The notes: generated by a model from the sequence alone, not told the origin. A stretch of 64,000 nt of DNA from Candidatus Multivoradales bacterium (GCA_965248055.1 CBDFIJ010000004.1:2816001-2880000), one strand, 5' to 3'. Positions 1 to 10,092 are shown, numbered from the stretch's first letter. Numbers and translations are program-made.

Positions 1-926
1 AATTCCATGGCCATCGCTTCAAGGACTGAATTGGCGATTCCTTCGCTGAGGCTGGTGTGCAAGAAAACGTCGGTATCGTGCAGAGCTTCGAGAATCTGGT
101 CCCGGTCTCTGAACCCAAGCAGTCGAACGTGTTTCTCCAACCCCAGATCGGCAATGGTAAAACGGACCCGTTCCAGCTCGGGACCGTCGCCGATCACGCG
201 ATATTGCAGATTGGGAAACTCGGTTAGGACCCGAGCGATGGTGAGTAGGGAGTATTCAAAACCCTTGCGCCAGGTCAAGGACCCTACCGACAGTACTGTT
301 GGAACGGTGGCGGTGTTTTCCCTGGTACGCCGAAATACTGAGGTATTGACGGCGGGGAAGACAATCGTTCCCTGGTCCTGGTCGAGCCCCAATCCCTGGG
401 CTTCGCGGCGCATCGCCTGTGAGACGCAATGCACCGCGGACGCTCCGGCGAAGATCTCGGGAAGCGCCTCCTTGAGTTGGATTCGGTGTGGCATCAACGG
501 GGCGACCTGGATCTGCTCCCCTCGACAACTGACTACGTAGCGCGTGTTGCCATCCAGGAAGCGCAACAGGTTTGCGGCTGAGGCAATCCAAGGAAAATAG
601 AATAGGCCCCTGCGGCCAGCTAAGGGAAGCACTTGCGGCCAAGATCGAAAGTTGACTGAGCGGAGTATTGGCAGGACCTTGGGTCCAAGTCGCTTTGTCG
701 CACCCACGAGCGCAGTGGCGGTCCAAAACCATCGGAGAAATCGCGGCTTTGGGGGAGGAAGCCGCAGCCATCGGAAAATCGTGCCGCGTCGAGATATCGG
801 GCGAACGGAACTGGCGATTGACACCTGCCAGTCTCTACCGCGCAGCCCCTCAAACAGTTGCTCGAGGAAGGTCTCGGGCGGCCATCGAACGCCAACCACG
901 ATGACTTTCTTGTCAACCGATGCCAT
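1..926 (-). CDS. Glycosyltransferase family 4, 3' end runs off the window
   Basis: Absent from the ORF track; read by hand. ATG at 926 (MASVDKKVIVVGVRWPPETF), in frame with LSVGSLTWRKGFEY, IGDGPE and DVFLHTSLSEGIANSVLEAMAME (GT-B EX7E motif). Overlaps the stop of the upstream gene. Confidence 0.88.
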   Translation of the reverse strand, partial: MASVDKKVIVVGVRWPPETFLEQLFEGLRGRDWQVSIASSVRPISRRGTIFRWLRLPPPKPRFLRWFWTATALVGATKRLGPKVLPILRSVNFRSWPQVLPLAGRRGLFYFPWIASAANLLRFLDGNTRYVVSCRGEQIQVAPLMPHRIQLKEALPEIFAGASAVHCVSQAMRREAQGLGLDQDQGTIVFPAVNTSVFRRTRENTATVPTVLSVGSLTWRKGFEYSLLTIARVLTEFPNLQYRVIGDGPELERVRFTIADLGLEKHVRLLGFRDRDQILEALHDTDVFLHTSLSEGIANSVLEAMAME

Positions 927-2337
927 AGCTCTCAAACCAGTGGGACAGGGTGATCAACTTGCAAACCCCCGAACCGGTTTCTCGGTCGCGTTGGCTTTTG
1001 AATCGCCTGACGTAGTCGTCGAGTTTGTTTGGGATACACACCGAGCGCAGGAACAAGCTGGGCTCCAGCAGCCAGCGCTGGATCATTTCGTCTCCCTGCT
1101 TGCCCGCGAGCTGAACCTCCCAGTTTCGCTGAATGGCGGGCCTGCCAGTTAGGGCTCGTCTGGCCTTGCGCCATGCTCGTTTGGGATAGACGTGAGTCCA
1201 CTTTTTGTCCAAGGAGAACAAATCTGTTCCCGCCTCTTGCCACTCGACCCTTGCGAGACCCGGAGCGTATCGTTTGAGATACTCGATCTGCAGTCTCCTG
1301 CCCCGCAGGTAGTCATCGGGCTGGTCTAAAGCCCAAAGGGCGAGATCGATGTCGTAGAAGGGAAGTTTGACCTGGGTCGCTCCCTGGTAGGCGCGAATAC
1401 TGGCTAGCGTCCAGCGCGCAGACCATTGCTCGGTTTTGAAGATCTTGTAGCGCCGCGTAAAATGCTTTTCATCGGGAACCGTACGCGACCACTGGTCCGC
1501 CAAGAGATTCTCAGCGTTTCCCCATAGATCACCCAAAGCGGGATCGAAAAGACTCACCAAATCCTTTGCGCCGGGCGTTGACCAATGCTCCAAAATCCAC
1601 CCAATGTGATCGTCAGTGGGGCAATCATGCGGTGCGTCTAACCATACGTCGCCCCAATGTCCACCCAGCACCCAATCGAATTGCGATAAGTACTCTTCGA
1701 TGCCGAGTTGCCGCGCTTGAAACAGGTCTTGAAACCCTTCCAAGAGTTCCTGTGCCCGATCGATTTTGCTAGGCATGTACTGCCCAATGACCAGGGAATC
1801 ATGTTTCAGTCCAGCCTTGGCAGCGACAGAAACGGCGATCTTGTTCTCAATCGAGTCTGAGGCATAGCCGTAGGAAAAGGAGCGTAGTTCAAAGCTGGGG
1901 TCGGCATGGCCAAGGGCCGCCAGTAGGCATCGAGAATCTAGTCCCCCAGAAAGTGGCAGTACCGACTGATATTGCAGGCAAGACGCGACTGAGGAATGAA
2001 ACAAAGCTGCGAACTTGTCGACGGAGCGATCGAAATCAAGTGGTTCTTCTGGGATCTCTCGATCCCAAGACCAAGAACGTGAAACTTGGGTGGGGCGTCC
2101 ACCTTGAAACGAATAGGTGTGTCCACCACGGAGTAAATGGATGCCGTCGAGGTGAGTTCGATCCCCCAAGAACATGCCGTATCGAAGAAAAGAAGCTAAT
2201 CCGGTCCAATCGATTTTGGGGTTGGGGCTCGCCTGGATTATCTGGCGATAATGTTGATCTGGTTCAGTTCGTCCGTTTTCATTAGCATAAACGTGTTCAC
2301 TCTGGAACGGATCAACAGTGATTGATTCAATTGTCAT
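913..2337 (-). CDS. Asparagine-synthetase-like (PP-loop) protein, probable glycan-modifying enzyme
   Basis: LPLSGGLDSR PP-loop and LPFYD motif. The track start at 2520 is probably too long; ATG 2337 (MTIESITV) is preferred. Confidence 0.8.
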   Translation of the reverse strand: MTIESITVDPFQSEHVYANENGRTEPDQHYRQIIQASPNPKIDWTGLASFLRYGMFLGDRTHLDGIHLLRGGHTYSFQGGRPTQVSRSWSWDREIPEEPLDFDRSVDKFAALFHSSVASCLQYQSVLPLSGGLDSRCLLAALGHADPSFELRSFSYGYASDSIENKIAVSVAAKAGLKHDSLVIGQYMPSKIDRAQELLEGFQDLFQARQLGIEEYLSQFDWVLGGHWGDVWLDAPHDCPTDDHIGWILEHWSTPGAKDLVSLFDPALGDLWGNAENLLADQWSRTVPDEKHFTRRYKIFKTEQWSARWTLASIRAYQGATQVKLPFYDIDLALWALDQPDDYLRGRRLQIEYLKRYAPGLARVEWQEAGTDLFSLDKKWTHVYPKRAWRKARRALTGRPAIQRNWEVQLAGKQGDEMIQRWLLEPSLFLRSVCIPNKLDDYVRRFKSQRDRETGSGVCKLITLSHWFESYGIG

Positions 2338-2617
2338 GAAGAACGCTGTTGGTGAATGCGAGCCTATTTTGAGAGTTGAGAGACAAGCAGTAATACACTC
2401 TTCCGCATCCATAGGCGCCGCTGTTCTAGGTGAAGAATGCTCATGAAGGACTACGGTGAGCGACACGGAAGTGATCGCCTTGTAGAAAAGGACGATGGCA
2501 CGTAATCTCGTACCGTTCAAGGCTCGTCGGAGTTGGCGAGTAGGGGCGATGGATGTCTATGAATGAAATCAAGCTCGAGTTGAAATCGACCAAGGGCCAT
2601 CGGCTGAGACCGACTCG

Positions 2618-3295
2618 GTGTTGTTTCGACTGGCAAGGAGAGAGCTGGTGAAATTTCGGTTCTTAGGTCGCGCCAAGGCTCAATCATCTGCGACAAAGGC
2701 AGTTATCTTTACCAAAGAACATGAAGAGCTGCAGGGTTATGTAATTGGTGACTACACCTACGGACGCCCAAAAGTTCGAGACTATGGTGGGGCGACTACG
2801 CTCAAGATAGGCAGGTTCTGTTCGATAGCGGCGAGTGTAACGATTCTGGTTGGTGGCGAGCACAACCCACGATTAGTCTCGACCTATCCATTCGCAACCC
2901 TTGGACACTGGTCTCCTAAAACCAGTGACGCGGTGGACTCTTTGAGTAAGGGCGACGTGGTGATCGAGAATGATGTTTGGATTGGGACGAATTCTTTGAT
3001 CTTGTCTGGAGTTCATATTGGCAACGGCGCCGTGGTCGGTGCTGGCAGCGTTGTGGTTAGCGACGTGAACGACTATGAAGTAGTTGCAGGGAATCCGGCG
3101 CGCCATATTCGCTATCGGTTTAGCAGCGAAGTTATCCAAGGCCTCTTGAAAACGCAGTGGTGGCACCGGCCTTTTGAAGAGATTCGGAGTCTGCTGCCGA
3201 TCATGATGAGTGGTGATATTGAACGGTTCATCGAGGCTGTACTGGTGGAAAACACAGATGTCTCTGCGTCGCGCTCGACACTCAAGCAAGAATGA
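2618..3295 (+). CDS. CatB/Vat-like hexapeptide-repeat O-acetyltransferase
   Basis: IGRFCSIA, H..STYPF, IENDVWIG, IGNGAVVGAGSVV, GNPAR.IRYRF, WW motifs. Confidence 0.9.
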   Translation: MLFRLARRELVKFRFLGRAKAQSSATKAVIFTKEHEELQGYVIGDYTYGRPKVRDYGGATTLKIGRFCSIAASVTILVGGEHNPRLVSTYPFATLGHWSPKTSDAVDSLSKGDVVIENDVWIGTNSLILSGVHIGNGAVVGAGSVVVSDVNDYEVVAGNPARHIRYRFSSEVIQGLLKTQWWHRPFEEIRSLLPIMMSGDIERFIEAVLVENTDVSASRSTLKQE

Positions 3296-4173
3296 GAATT
3301 GAAGCCGCGTTGCCTACAGTTTCAATCGTTGTCCCCAACTACAACCACGCGCCGTATCTTGCCAAACGGCTCGACAGCATCTTCAATCAGAGCTACCGGG
3401 ATTTCGAGGTTCTTCTCTTGGATGATTGTTCGACTGATGGCAGTCAGGAAATTCTGACGAGGTATGGTGACCGACCAGAAGTAAGCCAGGTGGTTTTCAA
3501 TGAGGAAAATGGCGGCAATCCGTTCCTGCAATGGAAGAAGGGACTTGAGCTAGCCCGTGGTGAGTATGTATGGATTGCCGAGAGCGATGATTGGGCGGAG
3601 AGCGATTTTCTGGAACGGTTGATCGGCCTTCTCGATACTCAGCCAGAGATAGGGTTTTTCTTCTGCAAGTCGATCAATGTGGATTCCGAAGGGGTTCCTT
3701 TGCGTCAACCAACGCGAGCGGAAAGGCTACTTGGTGACACGATGTGGAAGGAGAGCTTCGTAGCTGACGGTGGGCAGCTTATCCACTATTTCTTGCCCGA
3801 TGTGGGAGCCATCCAGAACACCAGTGCGGCAGTGTTTCGAAGGCGTGTGGGTGAGCGATATATTGATCAGATCGTTGATTTTGATCGGGTCGGCGATTAC
3901 TTGTTTTGGGTTCTCATGACCGCTGATGGAGTGGTCGGATTTCTGAAAGAGCCGCTGAGTTTTATCCGTAGGGCATCGTCGAATGTTGGTGGAGAAGGGT
4001 ACTACCTTGCAAAAGAGAAGCAACTGTTGGGGATTCATCGACACTTGATTGGGCAGTTGGGTTTGCCACCCCGTCAGATTCTTCGGATGGGCCGGTATCA
4101 TCTAAAGTGGCTGTTTCGAAGAAGAACTCTGCGCTTGCTCTCCCTGCTTGGGCGGCAGAAAGTATTCCGATGA
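3292..4173 (+). CDS. Glycosyltransferase family 2
   Basis: VSIVVPNYNH, LDDCSTDGS, WIAESDD; ATGA overlap with the upstream gene. Confidence 0.92.
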   Translation: MRIEAALPTVSIVVPNYNHAPYLAKRLDSIFNQSYRDFEVLLLDDCSTDGSQEILTRYGDRPEVSQVVFNEENGGNPFLQWKKGLELARGEYVWIAESDDWAESDFLERLIGLLDTQPEIGFFFCKSINVDSEGVPLRQPTRAERLLGDTMWKESFVADGGQLIHYFLPDVGAIQNTSAAVFRRRVGERYIDQIVDFDRVGDYLFWVLMTADGVVGFLKEPLSFIRRASSNVGGEGYYLAKEKQLLGIHRHLIGQLGLPPRQILRMGRYHLKWLFRRRTLRLLSLLGRQKVFR

Positions 4174-4243
4174 GCGGTGATATTTGGCGAATGGGGCCGG
4201 CTCAGGTTGAACAATGCTGGCTGGGGCGAACCGGTGATTTGAC

Positions 4244-5491
4244 ATGAGAATACTCTTGATTCCAGGTTGCTTTTACAAAGCTGAGGGGAAGATCGCCAAG
4301 GGAATCGCCGGTGCTCTTTCTGATTACCAGATCCACTACTTCGCCAAGGCCGAGATTGCCCGCAGGAATGAGGAGTTTCGGTCTTTGGTGAGGAGTGTTG
4401 ATGTAGTGCATTGGCTGTTCAACGTTGGGAACCTGCAGCCGTCGCTTGAGGAAAACTACATGCCCGCCGCGTGTCCAACCATCGCGTCTGTCTACCATGT
4501 TTGCCCCTGGGAACGGACCAAGATTGTAGAGGCGTCTCGCAGTGACACCATTCACGTGATTTCGCAGGAATGGCTGGAGCTAGTTGGTAGTGCGACTTTA
4601 ACTCCCGTTTTCCTAGCTCATGCTGGGATCGACCCGATCGAGCTGGAGGGGATCTCAGCCCCGATTTTTCGAGGGGGACAGTTCAGGATCGGCGTCGTGG
4701 GGATGTATGGGCAGATCAGGAATCGGAAAAGGTTTGACGTACTTGTGCGGGCTGTTGAGGTTCTGACGTCGCGTGGTTTGGATGTTCGGTTGGTGTTGCA
4801 AGGGTCGGGTTGGGGCGAAAACCTCGATACACTGAGAGACGCGAACATTCCATTTGACTTGTTGGGCTTTCGCTCAGGAAGAGCAATTCTTGATGTCTAT
4901 CGACAGATACATTGCCTGGTATGTACTGCGGATTGGGAAGGTGGCCCCTTGACCGTGTTGGAGGCATTGCACTGTGGCGTGCCAGTAGTCTCGACACGGG
5001 TTGGCGTGTCGATGCAAGTATTGAAGCGGGGTGGCGGGGTTCTGTGTGACAAGAACAACCCAGTTCAAATAGCTGAGGCCATTCAAGGCCTGGCTGAATC
5101 TCCTGATCGCTTCCGTCGCCTTCAGAGTAGCGCGCGAGAAGTAGCGAAGAGCTATAGCTGGGCCGCGTTGTCGCAGGAATATCGGATTCTCTATGAGAGC
5201 ACGATAGAAGCTTGGGAGCGAAATATGGGTAGCAAGTGGAAGTATCGATCTCGTCCCGCTAAGGCACGAGGGATGCAGCATCAGCGGCGTGTCGAACTAC
5301 TCTACGATGGGATGAATGAAGGAATCGCACTTGCCGGAGAGGATCGTTGGATTGTTGCTGCGCGTAGAGTTGTTGCAGGAATCTCGAGTATGGAGGTGGC
5401 ATTTCGACGAAAATTGACGATTGTTCGACGGTTCAGCCAGGTACTATTCGCGCGGCTGGTCGGCGAGCCAGCCGGATCCAACAAGGGGTAG
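4244..5491 (+). CDS. Glycosyltransferase family 4
   Basis: EGGPLTVLEALHCGVPVVSTRVG, RKRFDVL, YSW motifs. Confidence 0.9.
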   Translation: MRILLIPGCFYKAEGKIAKGIAGALSDYQIHYFAKAEIARRNEEFRSLVRSVDVVHWLFNVGNLQPSLEENYMPAACPTIASVYHVCPWERTKIVEASRSDTIHVISQEWLELVGSATLTPVFLAHAGIDPIELEGISAPIFRGGQFRIGVVGMYGQIRNRKRFDVLVRAVEVLTSRGLDVRLVLQGSGWGENLDTLRDANIPFDLLGFRSGRAILDVYRQIHCLVCTADWEGGPLTVLEALHCGVPVVSTRVGVSMQVLKRGGGVLCDKNNPVQIAEAIQGLAESPDRFRRLQSSAREVAKSYSWAALSQEYRILYESTIEAWERNMGSKWKYRSRPAKARGMQHQRRVELLYDGMNEGIALAGEDRWIVAARRVVAGISSMEVAFRRKLTIVRRFSQVLFARLVGEPAGSNKG

Positions 5492-5498
5492 CAGTTTC

Positions 5499-6368
5499 GT
5501 GAAAATTGACCGAGCGAATTCAGCCAACTGGCAGCATACTATCCAGGCCAAGCGTAGCGTATTTCGGCTGAATGTCCGCGAGATCATTCGTTATCGCGAC
5601 TTGATTTTCCTGTTTGTGCGACGCAACGTGGTGATCGCATACAAGCAGACGATTCTGGGGCCGCTTTGGTATCTGATTCAACCCCTGCTGTCTGCGGTGA
5701 TCTTCACCATCATGTTCAACAGGATCGCCAATATTTCCACCGGTACCGTCCCACCGTTTCTTTTCAACCTAGCGGGTTTGACGGTCTGGGGGTATTTCCG
5801 GGATTGCTTGTCGTCAACCTCTGACACGTTCAAGAGTAATGAACATATTTTCGGGAAAGTCTATTTCCCTAGGGCTGTCGTGCCAATCGCGATCGTGATC
5901 TCAAATTTGATGAAATTTGCAGTTCAGATGGTTATGTTCTCTGGTTTCTACTTGTACTACTGGCTTAACGGAGCGCCCATCAGAGTAGACGAAACAGCGG
6001 TTCTTTTTCCTGTGGTAATCCTGATTATGGGCATGATGGGATTGGGGATTGGAATGGCGATTTCTTCCTTGGTTACGAAGTATCGAGATCTAACGTTCTT
6101 AGTGCAGTTTGGAGTTCAGCTTCTGATGTACCTATCGGTGGTGGTCTATCCGTTGGCTTTGGTGACCGAGAAGCTGCCGAAATTTGGCTGGTTGGTCAAA
6201 ATCAACCCACTTTCCCACGTGATGGAAATTTCTCGGCACATGTTGCTAGGGATTGGTACTGTGTCGCGTAGCTACGCACTATATGCGGCTTTGATGGCGG
6301 TCATCTTTTTGGTGGTCGGCCTAGTCATGTTTAATCGCGCCGAGCGGGATTTTGTCGATACGATTTAG
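5499..6368 (+). CDS. wzm: ABC-2 type polysaccharide export permease
   Basis: YKQTILGPLW, KVYFPR, KYRDL, INPL; about 6 TM segments. GTG 5499 after AAGGGG is preferred as start. Confidence 0.9.
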   Translation: MKIDRANSANWQHTIQAKRSVFRLNVREIIRYRDLIFLFVRRNVVIAYKQTILGPLWYLIQPLLSAVIFTIMFNRIANISTGTVPPFLFNLAGLTVWGYFRDCLSSTSDTFKSNEHIFGKVYFPRAVVPIAIVISNLMKFAVQMVMFSGFYLYYWLNGAPIRVDETAVLFPVVILIMGMMGLGIGMAISSLVTKYRDLTFLVQFGVQLLMYLSVVVYPLALVTEKLPKFGWLVKINPLSHVMEISRHMLLGIGTVSRSYALYAALMAVIFLVVGLVMFNRAERDFVDTI

Positions 6369-6370
6369 CA

Positions 6371-7681
6371 ATGGGTGAGGTAATTCTTCAGGTCGATGAC
6401 CTGTCTAAGCAGTATCGGTTGGGTGTGGTCGGAACGGGGACTCTCAGCCATGATCTGAACCGTTGGTGGGCAGGAGTTCGTGGCAAGGAGGATCCAACGG
6501 CATTGGTTGGCGTATCGGCCCCAAAAAAGGTCTCCCGAACGCGTCACTTTTGGGCTTTGCGGGAAGTTAGTTTTTCCGTAGAGCGGGGTGAGGTACTTGG
6601 GATTATTGGCAAGAATGGAGCCGGCAAATCAACTCTGTTGAAGATTCTATCTAGGGTGACCACTCCGACCTCTGGAAGAGTTCGCTATAACGGGCGTATC
6701 GCTTCATTGCTTGAAGTGGGGACCGGGTTTCATCCCGAATTGACCGGGCAAGAAAACATTTTTCTGAATGGCGCCATTTTGGGTATGACCAAAGGGGAGA
6801 TCAGAAGCAAGTACAGTGAGATTGTTGAGTTTTCTGGAGTTGGGAAGTACATCGAAACGCCAGTGAAACGCTATTCGTCTGGGATGAAGGTCCGCCTTGC
6901 CTTTGCGGTGGCGGCGCATCTAGACCCGGAGATACTGGTAGTTGATGAAGTCCTGGCCGTTGGTGACGCGGACTTTCAGAAAAAGGCAATCGGGAAAATG
7001 CAAGATATTGCTACCGGCGAGGGGCGGACAGTCCTCTTTGTCAGCCACGATATGGATACCATCAACAAATTGACTTCTCGATCAATCGTGCTTGTTGAGG
7101 GCCGTATTGCGTTTGACGGAGATACCCCGACTGCGGTCTCCGAATACTTGAATGATCAATCAATGGGCCTTTCCGAGAGATGTTGGGATCGGGAGGACGC
7201 TCCTGGGAACGAATTTGCCCGCCTAAAGCGAGTGGCTATTCTTGATCAAGACGATCGCATACAGAGGCAGTTTGAAGTGACTAAACCGATCACCGTGGAG
7301 GTGGAGTACTGGGATTTCAACCAGGCGTTTCAAAGCACGGCGATTTTGCACGTTCTCGATGACCAACGGCATGTTCTTTTTGCCACAAACGAATTCAGCA
7401 GCAAGGAGTGGGATGGCGTTCACGATCGTCAATCGGGCTTAGTTACGGCACGATGTACGATCCCTGGGAACCTGATGGCGGAAGGACGTTTCGTGATAAC
7501 GGTCGCTGTCGGCAACTACAACCCCAACATGGTGCATGCGAGGGCTGATGAAGTCGTTGGGTTTCAGGTTGTCGACTCGATGAGTGGCTCGAGCGTAAGG
7601 GGGCCTGCGAGCAACAAATGGCCGGGACTGGTCCGTCCGATGCTCGATTGGACAACTAGGAAGGTTCCCCTTTCAGAGTAG
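6371..7681 (+). CDS. wzt: Polysaccharide ABC exporter ATPase with C-terminal Wzt_C domain
   Basis: GKNGAGKST, YSSGMKVRLAF, DEVLAVGD, VSHD, plus an extra C-terminal beta domain. Confidence 0.93.
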   Translation: MGEVILQVDDLSKQYRLGVVGTGTLSHDLNRWWAGVRGKEDPTALVGVSAPKKVSRTRHFWALREVSFSVERGEVLGIIGKNGAGKSTLLKILSRVTTPTSGRVRYNGRIASLLEVGTGFHPELTGQENIFLNGAILGMTKGEIRSKYSEIVEFSGVGKYIETPVKRYSSGMKVRLAFAVAAHLDPEILVVDEVLAVGDADFQKKAIGKMQDIATGEGRTVLFVSHDMDTINKLTSRSIVLVEGRIAFDGDTPTAVSEYLNDQSMGLSERCWDREDAPGNEFARLKRVAILDQDDRIQRQFEVTKPITVEVEYWDFNQAFQSTAILHVLDDQRHVLFATNEFSSKEWDGVHDRQSGLVTARCTIPGNLMAEGRFVITVAVGNYNPNMVHARADEVVGFQVVDSMSGSSVRGPASNKWPGLVRPMLDWTTRKVPLSE

Positions 7682-7692
7682 TCGGGGCTAGA

Positions 7693-9012
7693 TTAGGCTG
7701 GAATGATGTGTTCTGTTTGATTGTTGCGATAAACCCCTCGGGTATCTACCACCAGTTGGCTGTGTCGCTCTACGAGGGCGTAGTCAACGTTTGCGTGCTG
7801 CGTCAGAATAAGAACTGCGTCAACAGTGCTTACCGTTTCCTCGCTTAGATCACGGCTGGCCATCGCCGGAATCTCTGGCCACGAGCGCATGGGGGGGAGT
7901 ATCGGCACGTATGGGTCATGGTATCCAAGCTCTGCACCAACTCTGAGTAGCTGATCCATGATCGGGAACGCCGGGCTTTCCCGGGGATCGTCGACGTTGG
8001 GTTTGTAGGCGATCCCCAGCACTAGGACTTTGGCGTCATCAATCGAGGTGCCTCGGTCCGAGAGTGCGCTGACTAACCGCTCGACCACGTGGTCGGCCAT
8101 TTGGGTGTTGATTTCACCGGCCAGTTTGATGAAGTCGGCACTGGCTCCAGCGCGCTCTGCAGCCCAAGATAGATAGAACGGGTCAATCGGGATGCAATGA
8201 CCACCCCAGCCAGGGCCTGGGTCAAAACGCATGAAGCCGAAGGGCTTGGTCTCGGCGGCATCGAGCACTTCCCATATGTCGACGCCGAGCTTTTCATAGA
8301 CCAGTTTGAGCTCGTTGACCAGCGCGATGTTGATTGCCCGAAAAATGTTTTCGGTCAGTTTGGTGGCTTCTGCGGCCCGTGGGCTGGATACTTCGATCAC
8401 CGAAGGAACGATGGCCCGATAGAGAGCTGCTGCAACCTCAGTGGCGTCAGTACCCAGTCCTCCAACAACTTTGGGGATGCTGGAAGTGGAAAAATCTGGA
8501 TTCCCTGGGTCTTCGCGCTCTGGTGAGTAAGCAACCCAGAAATCAACCCCGGCTCGAAGACCTGAATTCTCCAAGAGCGGCTTAACAACCTCTTCAGTGG
8601 TGCCCGGGTAGGTAGTGGACTCCAGGACAACCAGTTGTCCCTGACGCAAGTTCTGGGAAATGGTGGTGGCGGTCGCTTCGACGAAGCGAAGGTCAGGATC
8701 GCCTGACGCCGCCAGGGGGGTGGGGACGGTAATCAAGATTGCGTCGGCTTGCTGCAGAAGAGTGGGATCAGTGGTCGCGGTCAGATGGTGGTTCTCGGTT
8801 GCACGCTGAATTCTTTGGGACGGGATGTGGCCGATGAAACTGGCGCCACTGAGTAGGTTGTCGACTTTGTTTTGATCAATGTCAAATCCGATGACCGAGA
8901 ACTCTCGTTCGGCGAAGGTCAACGCGAGTGGTAGGCCGACGTAGCCCAATCCGACAATGCCGACAACGGCATCGCGCGCAGCGACTTTGGAAAGAAAATC
9001 CTGTGAATGCAA
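7693..9012 (-). CDS. UDP-N-acetylhexosamine/nucleotide-sugar 6-dehydrogenase (WbpA/WecC family)
   Basis: GLGYVGLP, LESTTYPGTT, SPEREDPGN, GGHCIPIDP, DPRESP. Confidence 0.93.
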   Translation of the reverse strand: MHSQDFLSKVAARDAVVGIVGLGYVGLPLALTFAEREFSVIGFDIDQNKVDNLLSGASFIGHIPSQRIQRATENHHLTATTDPTLLQQADAILITVPTPLAASGDPDLRFVEATATTISQNLRQGQLVVLESTTYPGTTEEVVKPLLENSGLRAGVDFWVAYSPEREDPGNPDFSTSSIPKVVGGLGTDATEVAAALYRAIVPSVIEVSSPRAAEATKLTENIFRAINIALVNELKLVYEKLGVDIWEVLDAAETKPFGFMRFDPGPGWGGHCIPIDPFYLSWAAERAGASADFIKLAGEINTQMADHVVERLVSALSDRGTSIDDAKVLVLGIAYKPNVDDPRESPAFPIMDQLLRVGAELGYHDPYVPILPPMRSWPEIPAMASRDLSEETVSTVDAVLILTQHANVDYALVERHSQLVVDTRGVYRNNQTEHIIPA

Positions 9013-9061
9013 CGGCTACCCGGATAGTTCCAGTTTCGCGGAAGCCGGAAATGCTGTCGAA

Positions 9062-9988
9062 CTAGGGCTCAGACGGCGAGATAATTGGGTCTTCCACCAC
9101 TTCGCCGGCGACCACTGCGGCCGCAGCTCCGGCCACCGGTACCCATCCTGGCAGCATAGCGACGACGCAGGCGCGGCAAGATTCATCGCCCCGCTTGATC
9201 CCTTCTTGGTCCAGGCGAGTCACGATCCCTGTGCACTCCCACTGAAATGGCGGCTTACCATATTGCCAAGTCGAGGATTCCGCTACCGTCATATTGGCCT
9301 GCTCGCCAAGTTGCTGGGGTGTGGACTCGATGTGACACTGGTCTTGGTCTGGCTCGACAATCGCGACAAACATGTCCGAACGTACGCTTCTGAGACCGTT
9401 GGGTGAGTAGGCGGCAACAAAGTACTCTGCCGGGTTGTTCTCAAGCTCCTCAAGCCACTCTTGGAGATCTTCGTTGGATAGTGCGGTCATCCAGGTTCTG
9501 GGCTCTGCCGAGCCGACCGAGGCTTTCTCGCGGATCTCGTCATCGTCGAAACTATTGTTGGGGTCGCGATCGATGGACGCCTCCTTGGCCTTCCACCAAT
9601 CAGCCCAGTCGGTGTCGTTGTACTCGTCGTGCTCATCGTCGTCGTAGTACTCGTGGTCGTTATCGAGATCGAATCGCTCAGGCTCACGATCTTCGGGGTC
9701 CGGAAGGACGCCCCAGTAGTTATCCTGTGAATCGGTCTGCATGATGGTGTAGTAGAAATCTTCGACGATGTGATGCATCCGTCGATAGTAGAGGCGCACC
9801 TCGGAATTCGCGGGTAGTTCCCCTACCGTGGCAGAAACCACTGCGTGATTGCTTTCATCGTGAAACGGTTCAAGCGGAACGCAGGCAGTAGGAGTCACCG
9901 TAATAGTTTGCGCCGCCATCGGCGCAACCAAGATTGCCCCAAACAGGGCGACTCCTACAACTGAGTGTCGCGCTGATTTTCTATTCAT
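9062..9988 (-). CDS. Secreted hypothetical protein with an acidic insert and a hydrophobic C-terminal tail
   Basis: Signal peptide ending PMAA-Q; D/E/H/Y-rich middle; CRAC followed by an Ala/Val-rich tail ending SPSEP; GAGGGG RBS. Confidence 0.85.
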   Translation of the reverse strand: MNRKSARHSVVGVALFGAILVAPMAAQTITVTPTACVPLEPFHDESNHAVVSATVGELPANSEVRLYYRRMHHIVEDFYYTIMQTDSQDNYWGVLPDPEDREPERFDLDNDHEYYDDDEHDEYNDTDWADWWKAKEASIDRDPNNSFDDDEIREKASVGSAEPRTWMTALSNEDLQEWLEELENNPAEYFVAAYSPNGLRSVRSDMFVAIVEPDQDQCHIESTPQQLGEQANMTVAESSTWQYGKPPFQWECTGIVTRLDQEGIKRGDESCRACVVAMLPGWVPVAGAAAAVVAGEVVEDPIISPSEP

Positions 9989-10063
9989 AATCTAGCCCCT
10001 CAAGATACAACAACATAAAAACACAACCCTACAGCTAACCTCGCTTTTCGTAGGCCCACGGGG

Positions 10064-10092
10064 AAATTAACCTAACTGCGCTGTTTCGTCAA
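10064..10092 (-). promoter_or_regulatory. Sigma70-type promoter for the 9062-9988 gene
   Basis: Minus strand TTGACG-N17-TAATTT, about 75 nt upstream of the ATG. Confidence 0.6.

Noticed and set aside
913-2337. Lasso-peptide cyclase / RiPP cluster
   Set aside because: No B1/B2 proteins or precursor peptide are seen, and the gene is coupled to a glycosyltransferase.
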